Counted from the stretch's first letter, positions 1 through 13,233 are shown. The stretch: DNA of 64,000 nt from Escherichia coli (GCF_003334385.1 NZ_QOWN01000026.1), one strand, 5' to 3'. Notes: generated from the letters alone by a model not told the origin. Made by a program: numbers and translations.

Positions 1-2067
1 AATGTTGAAGACATCCGGATGCGCTTTTTCCACTTCATCCAGCAGGATGACGGAATACGGACGACGACGCACCGCTTCGGTCAGGTAGCCACCTTCTTCA
101 TAACCGACATATCCCGGAGGCGCACCAACCAAACGAGACACCGAGTGTTTCTCCATAAACTCGGACATATCGATACGGACCATCGCCTCGTCGCTATCAA
201 ACATAAAGTTCGCCAGCGCCTTACAAAGCTCTGTTTTCCCCACACCAGTTGGGCCGAGGAACAGGAATGAACCAATCGGGCGATTTGGATCCGCCAGCCC
301 CGCACGGCTACGACGAATAGCGTTAGATACCGCATCAACCGCTTCGTTCTGACCAATTACGCGATGGTGCAGTTCTTGCTCCATACGCAGCAGTTTTTCG
401 CGCTCGCTTTCCATCATGCGAGAAACCGGAATCCCCGTCCAACGCGCCAGCACTTCAGCAATTTCGGCGTCGGTCACTTTATTACGCAACAGACGCATAG
501 TTTTGCCTTCGAGCTGCGTTGCGGCTTCCAGTTGCTTTTCCAGTTCCGGGATTTTGCCGTATTGCAGTTCAGACATCCGCGCCAGGTCCCCCACACGGCG
601 AGCCTGTTCAATAGCGATTTTCGCCTGTTCCAGTTCCGCTTTAATGGTCTGCGTACCAGAAAGCGATGCCTTCTCTGCTTTCCACTCTTCTTCTAACTCG
701 GAGTACTGACGTTCTTTGTCGCTCAGTTCTTCGTTGAGCATATCCAGACGTTTTTTACTGGCTTCATCAGACTCTTTCATTAACGCCTGTTGTTCCAGTT
801 TGAGCTGGATGATACGACGATCGAGTCGGTCGAGTTCTTCTGGTTTTGAGTCAATCTGCATACGAATGCTGGATGCTGCTTCATCGATCAGGTCGATGGC
901 TTTATCCGGCAGCTGACGGTCAGCAATGTAGCGATGAGACAACGTCGCCGCTGCAACAATTGCCGGGTCAGTAATTTGCACATGGTGGTGCAATTCGTAA
1001 CGTTCTTTCAGGCCACGCAGAATCGCAATGGTATCTTCAACAGAAGGCTCGGCAACAAACACTTTCTGGAAACGACGTTCCAGCGCAGCATCTTTTTCAA
1101 TGTACTGGCGATATTCGTCAAGCGTCGTGGCACCTACGCAGTGCAATTCACCACGCGCCAGCGCCGGTTTCAGCATGTTTCCGGCGTCCATTGCGCCATC
1201 GGCTTTACCCGCGCCGACCATGGTATGTAATTCGTCGATAAATAGGATGACGTTGCCTTCCTGTTTGGCAAGATCGTTAAGCACGCCTTTTAAACGTTCT
1301 TCAAACTCACCGCGATATTTCGCCCCAGCCACCAGCGCGCCCATATCCAGCGCCAGTACCCGGCGGCCTTTCAACCCTTCCGGCACTTCGCCGTTGATAA
1401 TACGCTGCGCCAGACCTTCAACGATGGCAGTTTTACCGACGCCGGGTTCACCAATCAGTACCGGGTTATTTTTAGTACGACGTTGCAGCACCTGAATGGT
1501 ACGGCGAATTTCTTCATCACGACCAATCACCGGATCGAGTTTGCCCTGTTCGGCTCGTTCGGTAAGGTCGATGGTATATTTTTTCAAAGCCTGACGTTGG
1601 TCTTCAGCACCTTGATCGTTCACGCTTTCACCTCCACGCATTTGTTCAATCGCTTGAGTAATGTTGGCGGTGGTCGCCCCTGCTGCTTTCAGGATGTCGG
1701 CCAGCGTGCCGCGAGACTCAAGTGCCGCCAGAACGAACAGTTCTGACGAGATAAAGTTATCACCACGTTTTTGCGCCAGCTTGTCGCAAAGATTAAGAAC
1801 GCGCACCAGATCCTGTGATGGCTGGACATCACCACCAGTACCTTCAACCTGCGGTAAACGATTTAATGCCTGATTGATATCTGTGCGCAACTGGCCAGCA
1901 TTTATGCCAGCGGATGTTAATAAAGGACTAACCGAACCCCCTTCCTGATTCAGCAGGGCGCTCATTAAATGAAGTGGTTCGATAAATTGGTTGTCGTGCC
2001 CGAGTGCAAGTGATTGGGCATCGGCAAGAGCAAGCTGGAATTTATTAGTAAGACGATCCAGACGCAT
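1..2067 (-). CDS. clpB: ClpB disaggregase (Hsp100), N-terminal ~689 codons; C-terminus lies beyond the window start
   Basis: Minus-strand frame 2067..1 translates from [11 protein letters not shown] with two AAA+ Walker motifs ([16 protein letters not shown]); not in the ORF track because the ORF runs off the window edge. Confidence 0.93.
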
Positions 2068-2103
2068 AACTCCTCCCATAACGGATCAAAGTTGCTACTG
2101 GAG

Positions 2104-2137
2104 ATTAAATGAGGTCATCCCTCAATTATTCAAGGTT
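2104..2137 (-). promoter_or_regulatory. Candidate sigma32 heat-shock promoter of clpB
   Basis: Minus-strand CTTGAAT, 14-nt spacer, CTCATTTA, ~40 nt upstream of the clpB start; resembles the sigma32 consensus CTTGAA-N13-15-CCCCATnT. Confidence 0.4.
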
Positions 2138-2196
2138 ATTGACCAGATTAATGTGAAAAGAAAATCACGCGTACCGGATCGTCTTGATTCTTTAGG

Positions 2197-2928
2197 TTAT
2201 ATCAGCCAAATGAAACTTGCCATACGACCGGTGGTCTTGTCGCGACGATAAGAGAAGAAAGTCTCATTTTCCGTATATGTACAACGGTCGCCGCCGAAAA
2301 TTTGCTCAACACCCACGTTCGCCAGACGCTGCCGGGCAAGCTGATAAATATCCGCCAGATACTTATCACCATGCTGAATGAAAGCTGCACTTGCTTTAGC
2401 GTCTACTGCCATAAACGCCTCGCGAACCTCCCCCCCCACTTCGAACGCGCGTGGACCAATTGCCGGCCCTAACCAGGCGAGAATATTTTCCGGATTATCA
2501 GCAAAACAGGAAACCGTCTCTTCCAGCACGCCTGCGCACAGTCCACGCCAGCCAGCATGAGCGGCGGCGACTTCCGTTCCCGCTCGATTGCAAAACAGCA
2601 CAGGGAGGCAGTCGGCAGTCATCACTGCGCAAACCGTGCCGGGCGTATTGCTATAAGAGGCATCCGCCCGTTTTGAGGCATAAGGTTCGCCAGTGAGCTT
2701 AAGCACATCTTTGCCGTGTACCTGCTCAAGCCAGACCGGTTTAGAAGGCAAATTGCCCGCAGCAAAAAGTCGCTTGCGATTCTCCTCAACGTGATCCGGG
2801 TTATCGCCACAATGGGCACCGAGGTTGAGTGAGTCATACGGGGGCAAGCTCACGCCGCCGATACGAGTGGAGCTACAGGCCGCAACACCTTTTGGCTGCG
2901 GCCACTGCGGGACAATCAGCTTACTCAT
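2197..2928 (-). CDS. yfiH: YfiH/PgeF family protein (purine nucleoside phosphorylase / laccase-domain protein)
   Basis: 243-aa ORF in the conserved position between clpB and rluD; 4-bp overlap with rluD. Confidence 0.85.
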   Translation of the reverse strand: MSKLIVPQWPQPKGVAACSSTRIGGVSLPPYDSLNLGAHCGDNPDHVEENRKRLFAAGNLPSKPVWLEQVHGKDVLKLTGEPYASKRADASYSNTPGTVCAVMTADCLPVLFCNRAGTEVAAAHAGWRGLCAGVLEETVSCFADNPENILAWLGPAIGPRAFEVGGEVREAFMAVDAKASAAFIQHGDKYLADIYQLARQRLANVGVEQIFGGDRCTYTENETFFSYRRDKTTGRMASFIWLI

Positions 2929-3905
2929 AACCAGTCCACTTCATCCTTATGTTCTTCGAAATCGGCGCGCATCACCTCAATCAGCTCCACCATATCTTGT
3001 GGAATAGGCGCATGCCATTCCATTTCGATGCCGGAGATCGGGTGATAAAGACGCAGCATGGTTGCATGTAGCGCCTGGCGGTCAAACTTACGCAGCGTGG
3101 AGATAAATGCTTCCGAAGCACCTTTTGGCGGACGCGGACGGCCACCATAAACCGGATCGCCCACCAGCGGATGAGTGATATGGGCCATATGCACGCGGAT
3201 CTGGTGCGTACGTCCAGTTTCCAGACGCAACCGCAGACGCGTGTGCACACGGAAGTGTTCCATGATGCGATAGTGAGTCACCGCTGGTTTGCCCATCGGA
3301 TGCACCGCCATATGGGTACGTTTGGTCGGGTGGCGACTGATTGGCTCGTCCACCGTGCCACCTGCGGTCATATGACCAATCGCCACCGCTTCATACTCAC
3401 GAGTAATTTCACGCCGTTGCAAAGATTCGACTAAACGCGTCTGAGCCGGAACGGTTTTTGCCACAACCATCAGGCCAGTGGTGTCTTTATCCAGACGATG
3501 GACGATGCCCGCACGCGGTACATCGGCAATGGGTGGATAGTAATGAAGCAACGCATTCAGTACCGTGCCATCCGGGTTACCCGCGCCAGGATGTACCACC
3601 AGGTCGCGCGGTTTATTAATGATAATAATGTCTTCATCTTCATAGACGATATCCAGCGGGATATCCTGCGGTTCAAAACGCGCTTCTTCTTCAATCTCAG
3701 CGTTGATGGCAACCTGCTCGCCACCCAATACTTTTTCTTTCGGCTTATCACAAACTTTGCCGTTAACCAGCACTCGCTGGTCGAGGATCCATTCTTTTAT
3801 TCGCGAACGTGAATAATCCGGGAACATTTCGGCCAAAGCCTGATCTAAGCGTTGACCGAGTTGGTTTTCGGACACCGTTGCAGTGAGCTGTACTCGTTGT
3901 GCCAT
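2925..3905 (-). CDS. rluD: 23S rRNA pseudouridine synthase RluD
   Basis: 326-aa ORF with N-terminal S4-like region and a pseudouridine synthase core (HRLDKDTTGLMVVAK). Confidence 0.92.
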   Translation of the reverse strand: MAQRVQLTATVSENQLGQRLDQALAEMFPDYSRSRIKEWILDQRVLVNGKVCDKPKEKVLGGEQVAINAEIEEEARFEPQDIPLDIVYEDEDIIIINKPRDLVVHPGAGNPDGTVLNALLHYYPPIADVPRAGIVHRLDKDTTGLMVVAKTVPAQTRLVESLQRREITREYEAVAIGHMTAGGTVDEPISRHPTKRTHMAVHPMGKPAVTHYRIMEHFRVHTRLRLRLETGRTHQIRVHMAHITHPLVGDPVYGGRPRPPKGASEAFISTLRKFDRQALHATMLRLYHPISGIEMEWHAPIPQDMVELIEVMRADFEEHKDEVDWL

Positions 3906-4039
3906 ATATACTGCTTCTTCGTTTATCGTTGGGGTTTTACGGCTTTGCCGTTTAATATAGTGTGCTATTGTAGCTGGTCTTAACCGGGAGCAGGAACAGA
4001 GAATCTCCCGTATTACATTTTGAGGAAAGTCAAAACGTC

Positions 4040-4777
4040 ATGACGCGCATGAAATATCTGGTGGCAGCCGCCACACTAAGCCTGTTTTTGGCGGGTTGCT
4101 CGGGGTCAAAGGAAGAAGTACCTGATAATCCGCCAAATGAAATTTACGCGACTGCACAACAAAAGCTGCAGGACGGTAACTGGAGACAGGCAATAACGCA
4201 ACTGGAAGCGTTAGATAATCGCTATCCGTTTGGTCCGTATTCGCAGCAGGTGCAGCTGGATCTCATCTACGCCTACTATAAAAACGCCGATTTGCCGTTA
4301 GCACAGGCTGCCATCGATCGTTTTATTCGCCTTAACCCGACCCATCCGAATATCGATTATGTCATGTACATGCGTGGCCTGACCAATATGGCGCTGGATG
4401 ACAGTGCGCTGCAAGGGTTCTTTGGCGTCGATCGTAGCGATCGCGATCCTCAACATGCACGAGCTGCGTTTAGTGACTTTTCCAAACTGGTGCGCGGCTA
4501 TCCGAACAGTCAGTACACCACCGATGCCACCAAACGTCTGGTATTCCTGAAAGATCGTCTGGCGAAATATGAATACTCCGTGGCCGAGTACTATACAGAA
4601 CGTGGCGCATGGGTTGCCGTCGTTAACCGCGTAGAAGGCATGTTGCGCGACTACCCGGATACCCAGGCTACGCGTGATGCGCTGCCGCTGATGGAAAATG
4701 CATACCGTCAGATGCAGATGAATGCGCAAGCTGAAAAAGTAGCGAAAATCATCGCCGCAAACAGCAGCAATACATAA
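4040..4777 (+). CDS. bamD: Outer-membrane assembly lipoprotein BamD (YfiO)
   Basis: 245-aa ORF with lipoprotein signal (LFLAGC lipobox) and TPR-like repeats; divergent from rluD. Confidence 0.92.
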
Positions 4778-4794
4778 CAGAAACCTGAAACACA

Positions 4795-4827
4795 AAACGG
4801 CAGCCCTTGAGCTGCCGTTTTTTTATT
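4795..4827 (+). terminator. Rho-independent terminator after bamD
   Basis: GC-rich hairpin AACGGCAGC...GCTGCCGTT followed by a T7 run. Confidence 0.7.
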
Positions 4828-4993
4828 CTGTCAGTTGTGAAACTGAAGCGATTTAGTCGCTATCGATCTCATCAAATATGGCTCGCTTTGAGATATTCCT
4901 CAAGTAAAAAAACATCTCTTCCTGCGATTTCTCACAAAAAAGATTCGTTGACAAAAAGTGACAAAATTATGAGATTTTCATCACACATTTTGA

Positions 4994-5389
<396 letters not shown>

Positions 5390-5415
5390 TCCTTTATATT
5401 GAGTGTATCGCCAAC

Positions 5416-5438
5416 GCGCCTTCGGGCGCGTTTTTTGT
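5416..5438 (+). terminator. Rho-independent terminator after raiA
   Basis: Hairpin GCGCCTTCGGGCGCG followed by TTTTTTG. Confidence 0.7.
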
Positions 5439-5472
5439 TGACAGCGTGAAAACAGTACGGGTACTGTACTAA
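5437..5472 (+). promoter_or_regulatory. Candidate pheLA promoter
   Basis: TTGACA at 5437-5442 with a -10-like TACTGT ~18 nt downstream, ~50 nt upstream of pheL. Confidence 0.4.
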
Positions 5473-5492
5473 AGTCACTTAAGGAAACAAAC

Positions 5493-5540
5493 ATGAAACA
5501 CATACCGTTTTTCTTCGCATTCTTTTTTACCTTCCCCTGA
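5493..5540 (+). CDS. pheL: pheA attenuator leader peptide PheL
   Basis: 15-codon [18 protein letters not shown] with 7 Phe codons, directly upstream of pheA. Confidence 0.9.
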
Positions 5541-5586
5541 ATGGGAGGCGTTTCGTCGTGTGAAACAGAATGCGAAGACGAACAAT

Positions 5587-5616
5587 AAGGCCTCCCAAAT
5601 CGGGGGGCCTTTTTTA
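5587..5616 (+). terminator. pheA attenuator terminator
   Basis: Hairpin AAGGCCTCCC...GGGGGGCCTT followed by TTTTTT between pheL and pheA. Confidence 0.8.
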
Positions 5617-5638
5617 TTGATAACAAAAAGGCAACACT

Positions 5639-6799
5639 ATGACATCGGAAAACCCGTTACTGGCGCTGCGAGAGAAAATCAGCGCGCTGGATGAAAAATT
5701 ATTAGCGTTACTGGCAGAACGGCGCGAACTGGCCGTCGAGGTGGGAAAAGCCAAACTGCTCTCGCATCGCCCGGTACGTGATATTGATCGTGAACGCGAT
5801 TTGCTGGAAAGATTAATTACGCTCGGTAAAGCGCACCATCTGGACGCCCATTACATTACTCGCCTGTTCCAGCTCATCATTGAAGATTCCGTATTAACTC
5901 AGCAGGCTTTGCTCCAACAACATCTCAATAAAATTAATCCGCACTCAGCACGCATCGCTTTTCTCGGCCCCAAAGGTTCTTATTCCCATCTTGCGGCGCG
6001 CCAGTATGCTGCCCGTCACTTTGAGCAATTCATTGAAAGTGGCTGCGCCAAATTTGCCGATATTTTTAATCAGGTGGAAACCGGCCAGGCCGACTATGCC
6101 GTCGTACCGATTGAAAATACCAGCTCCGGTGCCATAAACGACGTTTACGATCTGCTGCAACATACCAGCTTGTCGATTGTTGGCGAGATGACGTTAACTA
6201 TCGACCATTGTTTGTTGGTCTCCGGCACTACTGATTTATCCACCATCAATACGGTCTACAGCCATCCGCAGCCATTCCAGCAATGCAGCAAATTCCTTAA
6301 TCGTTATCCGCACTGGAAGATTGAATATACCGAAAGTACGTCTGCGGCAATGGAAAAGGTTGCACAGGCAAAATCACCGCATGTTGCTGCGTTGGGAAGC
6401 GAAGCTGGCGGCACTTTGTACGGTTTGCAGGTACTGGAGCGTATTGAAGCAAATCAGCGACAAAACTTCACCCGATTTGTGGTGTTGGCGCGTAAAGCCA
6501 TTAACGTGTCTGATCAGGTTCCGGCGAAAACCACGTTGTTAATGGCGACCGGGCAACAAGCCGGTGCGCTGGTTGAAGCGTTGCTGGTACTGCGCAACCA
6601 CAATCTGATTATGACCCGTCTGGAATCACGCCCGATTCACGGTAATCCATGGGAAGAGATGTTCTATCTGGATATTCAGGCCAATCTTGAATCAGCGGAA
6701 ATGCAAAAAGCATTGAAAGAGTTAGGGGAAATCACCCGTTCAATGAAGGTATTGGGCTGTTACCCAAGTGAGAACGTAGTGCCTGTTGATCCAACCTGA
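5639..6799 (+). CDS. pheA: Bifunctional chorismate mutase / prephenate dehydratase PheA
   Basis: 386-aa ORF with N-terminal chorismate mutase region and C-terminal ACT-like domain. Confidence 0.95.
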
Positions 6800-6809
6800 T
6801 GAAAAGGTG

Positions 6810-6833
6810 CCGGATGATGTGAATCATCCGGCA
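6810..6833. terminator. Bidirectional hairpin between convergent pheA and tyrA
   Basis: Inverted repeat GCCGGATGATG...CATCCGGC between the two stop codons. Confidence 0.55.
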
Positions 6834-6841
6834 CTGGATTA

Positions 6842-7963
6842 TTACTGGCGATTGTCATTCGCCTGACGCAATAACACGCGGCTTTCACTCTGAAAACGCT
6901 GTGCGTAATCGCCGAACCAGTGCTCCACCTTGCGGAAACTGTCAATAAACGCCTGCTTATCGCCCTGCTCCAGCAACTCAATCGCCTCGCCGAAACGCTT
7001 ATAGTAACGTTTGATTAACGCCAGATTACGCTCTGACGACATAATGATGTCGGCATAAAGCTGCGGATCCTGAGCAAACAGTCGCCCGACCATCGCCAGC
7101 TCAAGGCGGTAAATCGGCGAAGAGAGCGCCAGAAGTTGCTCAAGCTGAACATTTTCTTCTGCCAGGTGCAGCCCGTAAGCAAAAGTAGCAAAGTGGCGCA
7201 GTGCCTGAATAAACGCCATATTCTGATCGTGCTCGACGGCGCTAATACGATGCAGTCGAGCGCCCCAGACCTGAATTTGCTCCAGAAACCATTGGTATGC
7301 TTCCGGTTTACGTCCATCACACCAGACCACAACTTGCTTTGCCAGGCTACCGCTGTCCGGACCGAACATCGGGTGTAGCCCCAGCACCGGACCATCATGC
7401 GCCACCAGCATGGCCTGTAATGGCCCATTTTTCACTGATGCCAGATCGACCAGAATACAATCTTTCGGTAAAGGCGGTAATTTGCCAATAACTTGCTCAG
7501 TAACGTGGATTGGCACACTAACAATCACCATTCCGGCATCGGCAACAATATCAGCCGCTCGATCCCAGTCATGTTGCTCCAGAATCCGCACCTGATAACC
7601 CGAGAGGGTCAGCATCTTCTCGAACAGGCGTCCCATCTGACCGCCACCGCCGACGATAACCACCGGACGCAGTGACGGACAAAGTGTTTTAAATCCTTTG
7701 TCGTTTTCACTGGAGTAAGATTCACGCATCACCCGACGCAAAACATCCTCAATCAGATCTGGCGGTACACCCAGAGCTTCCGCCTCTGCACGACGCGAGG
7801 CCAACATAGATGCCTCGCGCTCCGGAACATAAATAGGCAGTCCAAAGCGGCTTTTCACCTCGCCCACTTCAGCAACCAGTTCCAGACGCTTCGCTAATAA
7901 ATTCAGCAGCGCTTTATCGACTTCATCAATTTGATCGCGTAATGCGGTCAATTCAGCAACCAT
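6842..7963 (-). CDS. tyrA: Bifunctional chorismate mutase / prephenate dehydrogenase TyrA
   Basis: 373-aa [32 protein letters not shown]... Confidence 0.95.
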   Translation of the reverse strand: MVAELTALRDQIDEVDKALLNLLAKRLELVAEVGEVKSRFGLPIYVPEREASMLASRRAEAEALGVPPDLIEDVLRRVMRESYSSENDKGFKTLCPSLRPVVIVGGGGQMGRLFEKMLTLSGYQVRILEQHDWDRAADIVADAGMVIVSVPIHVTEQVIGKLPPLPKDCILVDLASVKNGPLQAMLVAHDGPVLGLHPMFGPDSGSLAKQVVVWCDGRKPEAYQWFLEQIQVWGARLHRISAVEHDQNMAFIQALRHFATFAYGLHLAEENVQLEQLLALSSPIYRLELAMVGRLFAQDPQLYADIIMSSERNLALIKRYYKRFGEAIELLEQGDKQAFIDSFRKVEHWFGDYAQRFQSESRVLLRQANDNRQ

Positions 7964-7973
7964 AATAAACCTC

Positions 7974-9044
7974 TTAAGCCACGCGAGCCGTCAGCTGCCC
8001 GTTCAGATCCTGATGAATTTCACGCAGCAAGGCATCGGTCATTTCCCAGCTAATGCAGGCATCGGTTACGGATACACCGTATTTCATTTCACTGCGCGGT
8101 TGCTCGGAAGACTGATTGCCCTCGTGGATATTACTTTCGATCATCAGACCAATAATTGAGCGATTGCCATCTTTGATTTGAGCAACCACGGATTCTGCCA
8201 CCGCAGGCTGACGGCGATAATCTTTATTGGAATTACCGTGGCTGCAATCTACCATCAGAGACGGGCGCAGTCCCGCCTGTTCCATCTCTTTTTCACATTG
8301 CGCAACATCCGCAGGGCTATAGTTCGGCGCTTTACCACCGCGCAGGATCACATGGCCGTCCGGATTCCCCTGAGTTTGTAGCAACGCAACCTGCCCTGCC
8401 TGGTTAATGCCAACAAAACGGTGCGGCTGGGCGGCGGCGCGCATAGCGTTAATTGCTGTTGCCAGACTGCCGTCGGTGCCGTTTTTAAAACCAACCGGCA
8501 TGGAAAGCCCGGAGGCCATTTCACGGTGAGTTTGCGATTCCGTTGTACGAGCACCAATTGCTGACCAGCTAAACAGATCGCCCAGGTATTGCGGGCTATT
8601 CGGATCTAACGCTTCCGTCGCCAGTGGCAGTCCCATATTCACCAGCTCAAGCAGCAATTTACGCGCGATCTGCAGCCCGGCTTCTACATCAAAAGAGCCA
8701 TCCATATGGGGATCGTTAATTAACCCTTTCCAGCCGACAGTGGTACGGGGTTTTTCAAAATAGACGCGCATTACCAGATAGAGGCTATCGCTGACCTCTG
8801 CGGCAAGGGCTTTAAATCGACGAGCATATTCCAGAGCAGTTTCCGGATCATGAATGGAACAAGGACCACATACTACCAGCAGACGAGGATCGCGCCCGGC
8901 GATAATATCTGAAATGCTTTTACGCGAGTCAGCAATCTGGGCTTCTTGTTGCAGGCTCAATGGAAAAGCGGCCTTCAGTTGTTCCGGAGTCATTAAAACC
9001 TGTTCGTCGGTAATATGTACGTTATTCAGCGCGTCTTTTTGCAT
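7974..9044 (-). CDS. aroF: Tyr-sensitive DAHP synthase AroF
   Basis: Track ORF is 379 aa from an upstream alternative start; I take the start at [15 protein letters not shown] (356 aa), immediately upstream of tyrA. Confidence 0.9.
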   Translation of the reverse strand: MQKDALNNVHITDEQVLMTPEQLKAAFPLSLQQEAQIADSRKSISDIIAGRDPRLLVVCGPCSIHDPETALEYARRFKALAAEVSDSLYLVMRVYFEKPRTTVGWKGLINDPHMDGSFDVEAGLQIARKLLLELVNMGLPLATEALDPNSPQYLGDLFSWSAIGARTTESQTHREMASGLSMPVGFKNGTDGSLATAINAMRAAAQPHRFVGINQAGQVALLQTQGNPDGHVILRGGKAPNYSPADVAQCEKEMEQAGLRPSLMVDCSHGNSNKDYRRQPAVAESVVAQIKDGNRSIIGLMIESNIHEGNQSSEQPRSEMKYGVSVTDACISWEMTDALLREIHQDLNGQLTARVA

Positions 9045-9138
9045 GATGGCGATCCTGTTTATGCTCGTTTGCGATAGTTGATCCTCAGCGAGGATGACGT
9101 AACGATAACACATAAAGTAAAGTTTTCAATCCATATTT

Positions 9139-9208
9139 CGTACACTTTTATTTACACAGGCAATTTAGTCGCGCTTTCAACCCTTACCTCTGTATAGATA
9201 AATTTACA
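9139..9208 (-). promoter_or_regulatory. Candidate TyrR boxes in the aroF control region
   Basis: Two 18-bp palindromes matching TGTAAA-N6-TTTACA: minus-strand TGTAAATAAAAGTGTACG (9139-9156) and TGTATAGATAAATTTACA (9191-9208). Confidence 0.5.
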
Positions 9209-9253
9209 CTCCCTTTGAAAACAATCCGCTATGCTTTGAAAAAGGAGAAAGAA

Positions 9254-9619
9254 ATGATGAAAAAGTTTATCGCCCCCTTGTTGGCTTTACTGGTTAGCGG
9301 ATGTCAGATTGATCCTTATACTCACGCGCCAACCTTGACCAGCACCGACTGGTATGATGTCGGTATGGAAGATGCGATATCGGGCAGCGCCATAAAAGAT
9401 GACGATGCATTTAGCGATTCACAGGCGGATCGCGGTCTATACCTTAAAGGATATGCCGAAGGACAAAAGAAAACTTGCCAGACCGATTTTACTTATGCCC
9501 GAGGACTTTCCGGTAAAAGCTTTCCTGCCAGCTGCAACAATGTTGAAAATGCCAGCCAACTGCATGAAGTATGGCAAAAAGGGGCTGATGAAAATGCCAG
9601 CACAATACGATTAAATTAA
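9254..9619 (+). CDS. yfiL: Lipoprotein YfiL
   Basis: 121-aa ORF from MMKKFIAPLLALLVSGCQ (lipobox); the track start 9215 is an upstream extension. Confidence 0.8.
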   Translation: MMKKFIAPLLALLVSGCQIDPYTHAPTLTSTDWYDVGMEDAISGSAIKDDDAFSDSQADRGLYLKGYAEGQKKTCQTDFTYARGLSGKSFPASCNNVENASQLHEVWQKGADENASTIRLN

Positions 9620-9768
9620 TTAAAACCCCACAAATAAATTAAACATAAGATTTTACTCATTGTGTTTTATTTCTCACATTGATGACGGTCGCATGAAAAA
9701 ATGATATTTTAATGAGCATTCTGAAAAAATATCGATGCATTTCGAGCGAAGATGGTGGGGATCCCTGA

Positions 9769-10287
9769 ATGCGTTTTTCTCACCGACTGTTCTTACTTCT
9801 GATTCTCCTGCTGACGGGAGCACCAATACTCGCTCAGGAGCCTTCTGACGTTGCGAAAAACGTGCGTATGATGGTTTCCGGTATTGTCAGTTACACCCGC
9901 TGGCCTGCGCTATCAGGGCCACCAAAGTTATGTATCTTTTCATCTTCACGTTTTAGTACCGCCCTACAAGAGAATGCCGCGACATCTTTGCCTTATCTGC
10001 CTGTCATCATTCACACTCAACAAGAGGCGATGATTTCAGGCTGCAATGGTTTTTATTTTGGCAACGAGTCACCGACATTCCAGATGGAATTAACCGAACA
10101 ATATCCGTCAAAGGCGTTATTATTAATTGCCGAACAAAATACCGAGTGCATTATTGGTAGCGCCTTTTGTCTGATCATCCACAATAATGACGTCAGATTT
10201 GCCGTAAACCTGGATGCCTTATCGCGTAGCGGTGTAAAGGTCAACCCGGATGTCTTAATGCTCGCACGGAAGAAAAATGATGGATAA
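9769..10287 (+). CDS. yfiR: Periplasmic repressor YfiR of the YfiN diguanylate cyclase
   Basis: 172-aa ORF with signal peptide, first gene of the yfiRNB cluster. Confidence 0.85.
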
Positions 10288-11503
10288 CGATAATTCTCTT
10301 AATAAGCGCCCCACGTTTAAAAGAGCATTACGCAACATCAGTATGACCAGCATATTTATCACTATGATGCTGATCTGGTTGCTGCTTTCCGTGACCTCGG
10401 TGCTGACCCTGAAACAGTACGCGCAAAAAAACCTGGCACTGACAGCAGCAACAATGACTTACAGTCTGGAAGCAGCTGTCGTTTTTGCCGATGGCCCTGC
10501 AGCAACTGAAACACTGGCAGCGCTGGGCCAGCAAGGGCAATTTTCAACTGCAGAAGTACGTGATAAGCAGCAAAATATTCTGGCATCCTGGCATTACACC
10601 CGTAAGGATCCAGGCGATACTTTCAGTAATTTCATAAGCCACTGGCTCTTCCCTGCCCCCATCATTCAGCCGATTCGTCACAATGGTGAAACCATTGGCG
10701 AAGTACGCTTAACCGCTCGCGACAGTTCAATCAGCCATTTTATCTGGTTTTCGCTCGCCGTACTGACCGGTTGTATTCTGCTGGCATCAGGCATCGCAAT
10801 TACCCTCACCCGCCATTTGCACAATGGCCTGGTAGAAGCGCTGAAAAATATCACCGATGTCGTACATGATGTGCGTTCCAACCGCAATTTTTCCCGACGA
10901 GTTTCGGAAGAACGTATCGCTGAGTTTCACCGCTTCGCTCTCGACTTCAACAGTCTGCTGGATGAAATGGAAGAGTGGCAACTTCGTTTACAGGCTAAAA
11001 ATGCGCAGCTTCTACGTACCGCGCTACATGACCCATTAACCGGGCTGGCTAACCGCGCAGCGTTTCGTAGCGGCATCAACACGTTGATGAACAATTCCGA
11101 TGCCCGAAAAACGTCGGCGTTACTATTTCTTGATGGCGATAATTTCAAATACATCAATGATACCTGGGGTCATGCGACGGGCGATAGAGTCTTGATTGAA
11201 ATCGCAAAACGGTTAGCTGAATTTGGCGGGCTGCGACATAAAGCATACCGCCTGGGCGGCGATGAATTCGCTATGGTGCTCTATGATGTACAGTCGGAAT
11301 CTGAAGTGCAGCAGATATGTTCAGCACTGACACAAATCTTTAATCTCCCGTTTGATCTTCATAATGGCCATCAGACCACCATGACATTAAGCATTGGTTA
11401 CGCGATGACCATTGAGCACGCCTCTGCGGAAAAATTACAAGAGCTTGCCGATCACAATATGTATCAGGCCAAACACCAGCGTGCCGAAAAGCTGGTGAGA
11501 TAA
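10277..11503 (+). CDS. dgcN: Membrane diguanylate cyclase YfiN/DgcN
   Basis: 408-aa ORF with N-terminal TM/periplasmic domain, HAMP region and a GGDEF motif (RLGGDEF). Confidence 0.9.
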
Positions 11504-11518
11504 CAAGGATATATCGAT

Positions 11519-12001
11519 ATGATAAAGCACCTGGTAGCACCCCTGGTTTTCACCTCACTAATACTGACTGGCTGCCAGTCCCCTCAGGGAAAGTTTACTC
11601 CTGAGCAAGTCGCCGCTATGCAATCTTATGGATTTACTGAATCCGCCGGCGACTGGTCGCTGGGCTTATCAGATGCCATTCTGTTCGCAAAAAATGACTA
11701 CAAATTGCTCCCGGAAAGCCAGCAACAGATCCAAACCATGGCAGCTAAATTGGCCTCGACAGGGCTAACACATGCCCGTATGGATGGACACACCGATAAC
11801 TATGGTGAAGACAGTTACAACGAAGGCTTATCATTGAAACGGGCGAATGTCGTGGCCGATGCATGGGCTATGGGTGGACAAATTCCACGCAGCAATCTCA
11901 CCACACAGGGTTTAGGAAAAAAATATCCCATAGCCAGTAACAAGACCGCCCAGGGCCGCGCCGAGAACCGCCGCGTCGCAGTGGTGATTACTACCCCTTA
12001 A
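11519..12001 (+). CDS. yfiB: OmpA-family outer-membrane lipoprotein YfiB
   Basis: 160-aa ORF with lipobox LTGCQ and OmpA-like C-terminal domain (NRRVAVV). Confidence 0.88.
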   Translation: MIKHLVAPLVFTSLILTGCQSPQGKFTPEQVAAMQSYGFTESAGDWSLGLSDAILFAKNDYKLLPESQQQIQTMAAKLASTGLTHARMDGHTDNYGEDSYNEGLSLKRANVVADAWAMGGQIPRSNLTTQGLGKKYPIASNKTAQGRAENRRVAVVITTP

Positions 12002-12020
12002 AACACCAGCAAACAGATAA

Positions 12021-12050
12021 AAAAGGGCCAGCCAATTGGCCAGCCCTTCT
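12021..12050. terminator. Bidirectional terminator between yfiB and rplS
   Basis: Hairpin AAGGGCCAGCCAATTGGCCAGCCCTT flanked by A- and T-rich runs. Confidence 0.65.
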
Positions 12051-12076
12051 TAACAGGATGTCGCTTAAGCGAAATC

Positions 12077-12427
<351 letters not shown>

Positions 12428-12465
12428 TTAATCTCTTATCCTGGGTAAACTGATATCTCGGGGGC

Positions 12466-13233
12466 TTACGCCATCCCATCATGTTTATGTTGCTGTTGTG
12501 CGTGTTCCGTTTTGAACTCCGCCAGCAACCTTGCTTGCTCTTCAGTCAGAGCCAGGTTTTCCAGAAGTTCAGGTCTTCTAAGCCAGGTACGGCCCAGCGA
12601 CTGTTTCAAACGCCAGCGACGTATCTCGGCATGGTTGCCCGACAGTAACACTGGCGGAACTTCCATCCCTTCTAACACCTCAGGCCGCGTATAGTGCGGG
12701 CAATCCAGCAATCCTTCAGCAAAGGAATCTTCCGTTGCCGAGGCTTCATGTCCCAGTACTCCCGGAATAAACCGGGAAACGGAGTCAATCAGCGTCATTG
12801 CTGGTAACTCACCACCACTGAGAACGTAATCGCCGATTGACCATTCTTCGTCAATTTCGGTTTGGATCACGCGCTCATCTATACCTTCGTAGCGACCGCA
12901 CACCAGAATCAATTTTTGATTCGTTGCCAGTTCGCTGACGCCCGCTTGATCAAGCTTGCGTCCCTGTGGTGACAGATAAATCACCTTTGCGCCTTCACCC
13001 GCCGCGGCTTTTGCTGCATGAATGGCGTCCCGCAAGGGTTGCACCATCATTAACATCCCCGGTCCGCCGCCGTAAGGACGATCGTCCACGGTACGGTGCC
13101 GGTCATGCGTGAAGTCGCGAGGACTCCAGCTCTGGATGCTCAGCAGGCCATTTTTAACTGCCCGGCCAGTTACCCCGTAATCGGTAATTGCGCGGAACAT
13201 TTCAGGAAACAGGCTAATTATGCCAATCCACAT
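12466..13233 (-). CDS. trmD: tRNA (guanine37-N1)-methyltransferase TrmD
   Basis: 255-aa [32 protein letters not shown]... Confidence 0.96.

Noticed and set aside
19-1873. Several 60-155-aa plus-strand ORFs at the window start
   Set aside because: All lie antisense within clpB, whose translation is unambiguous.
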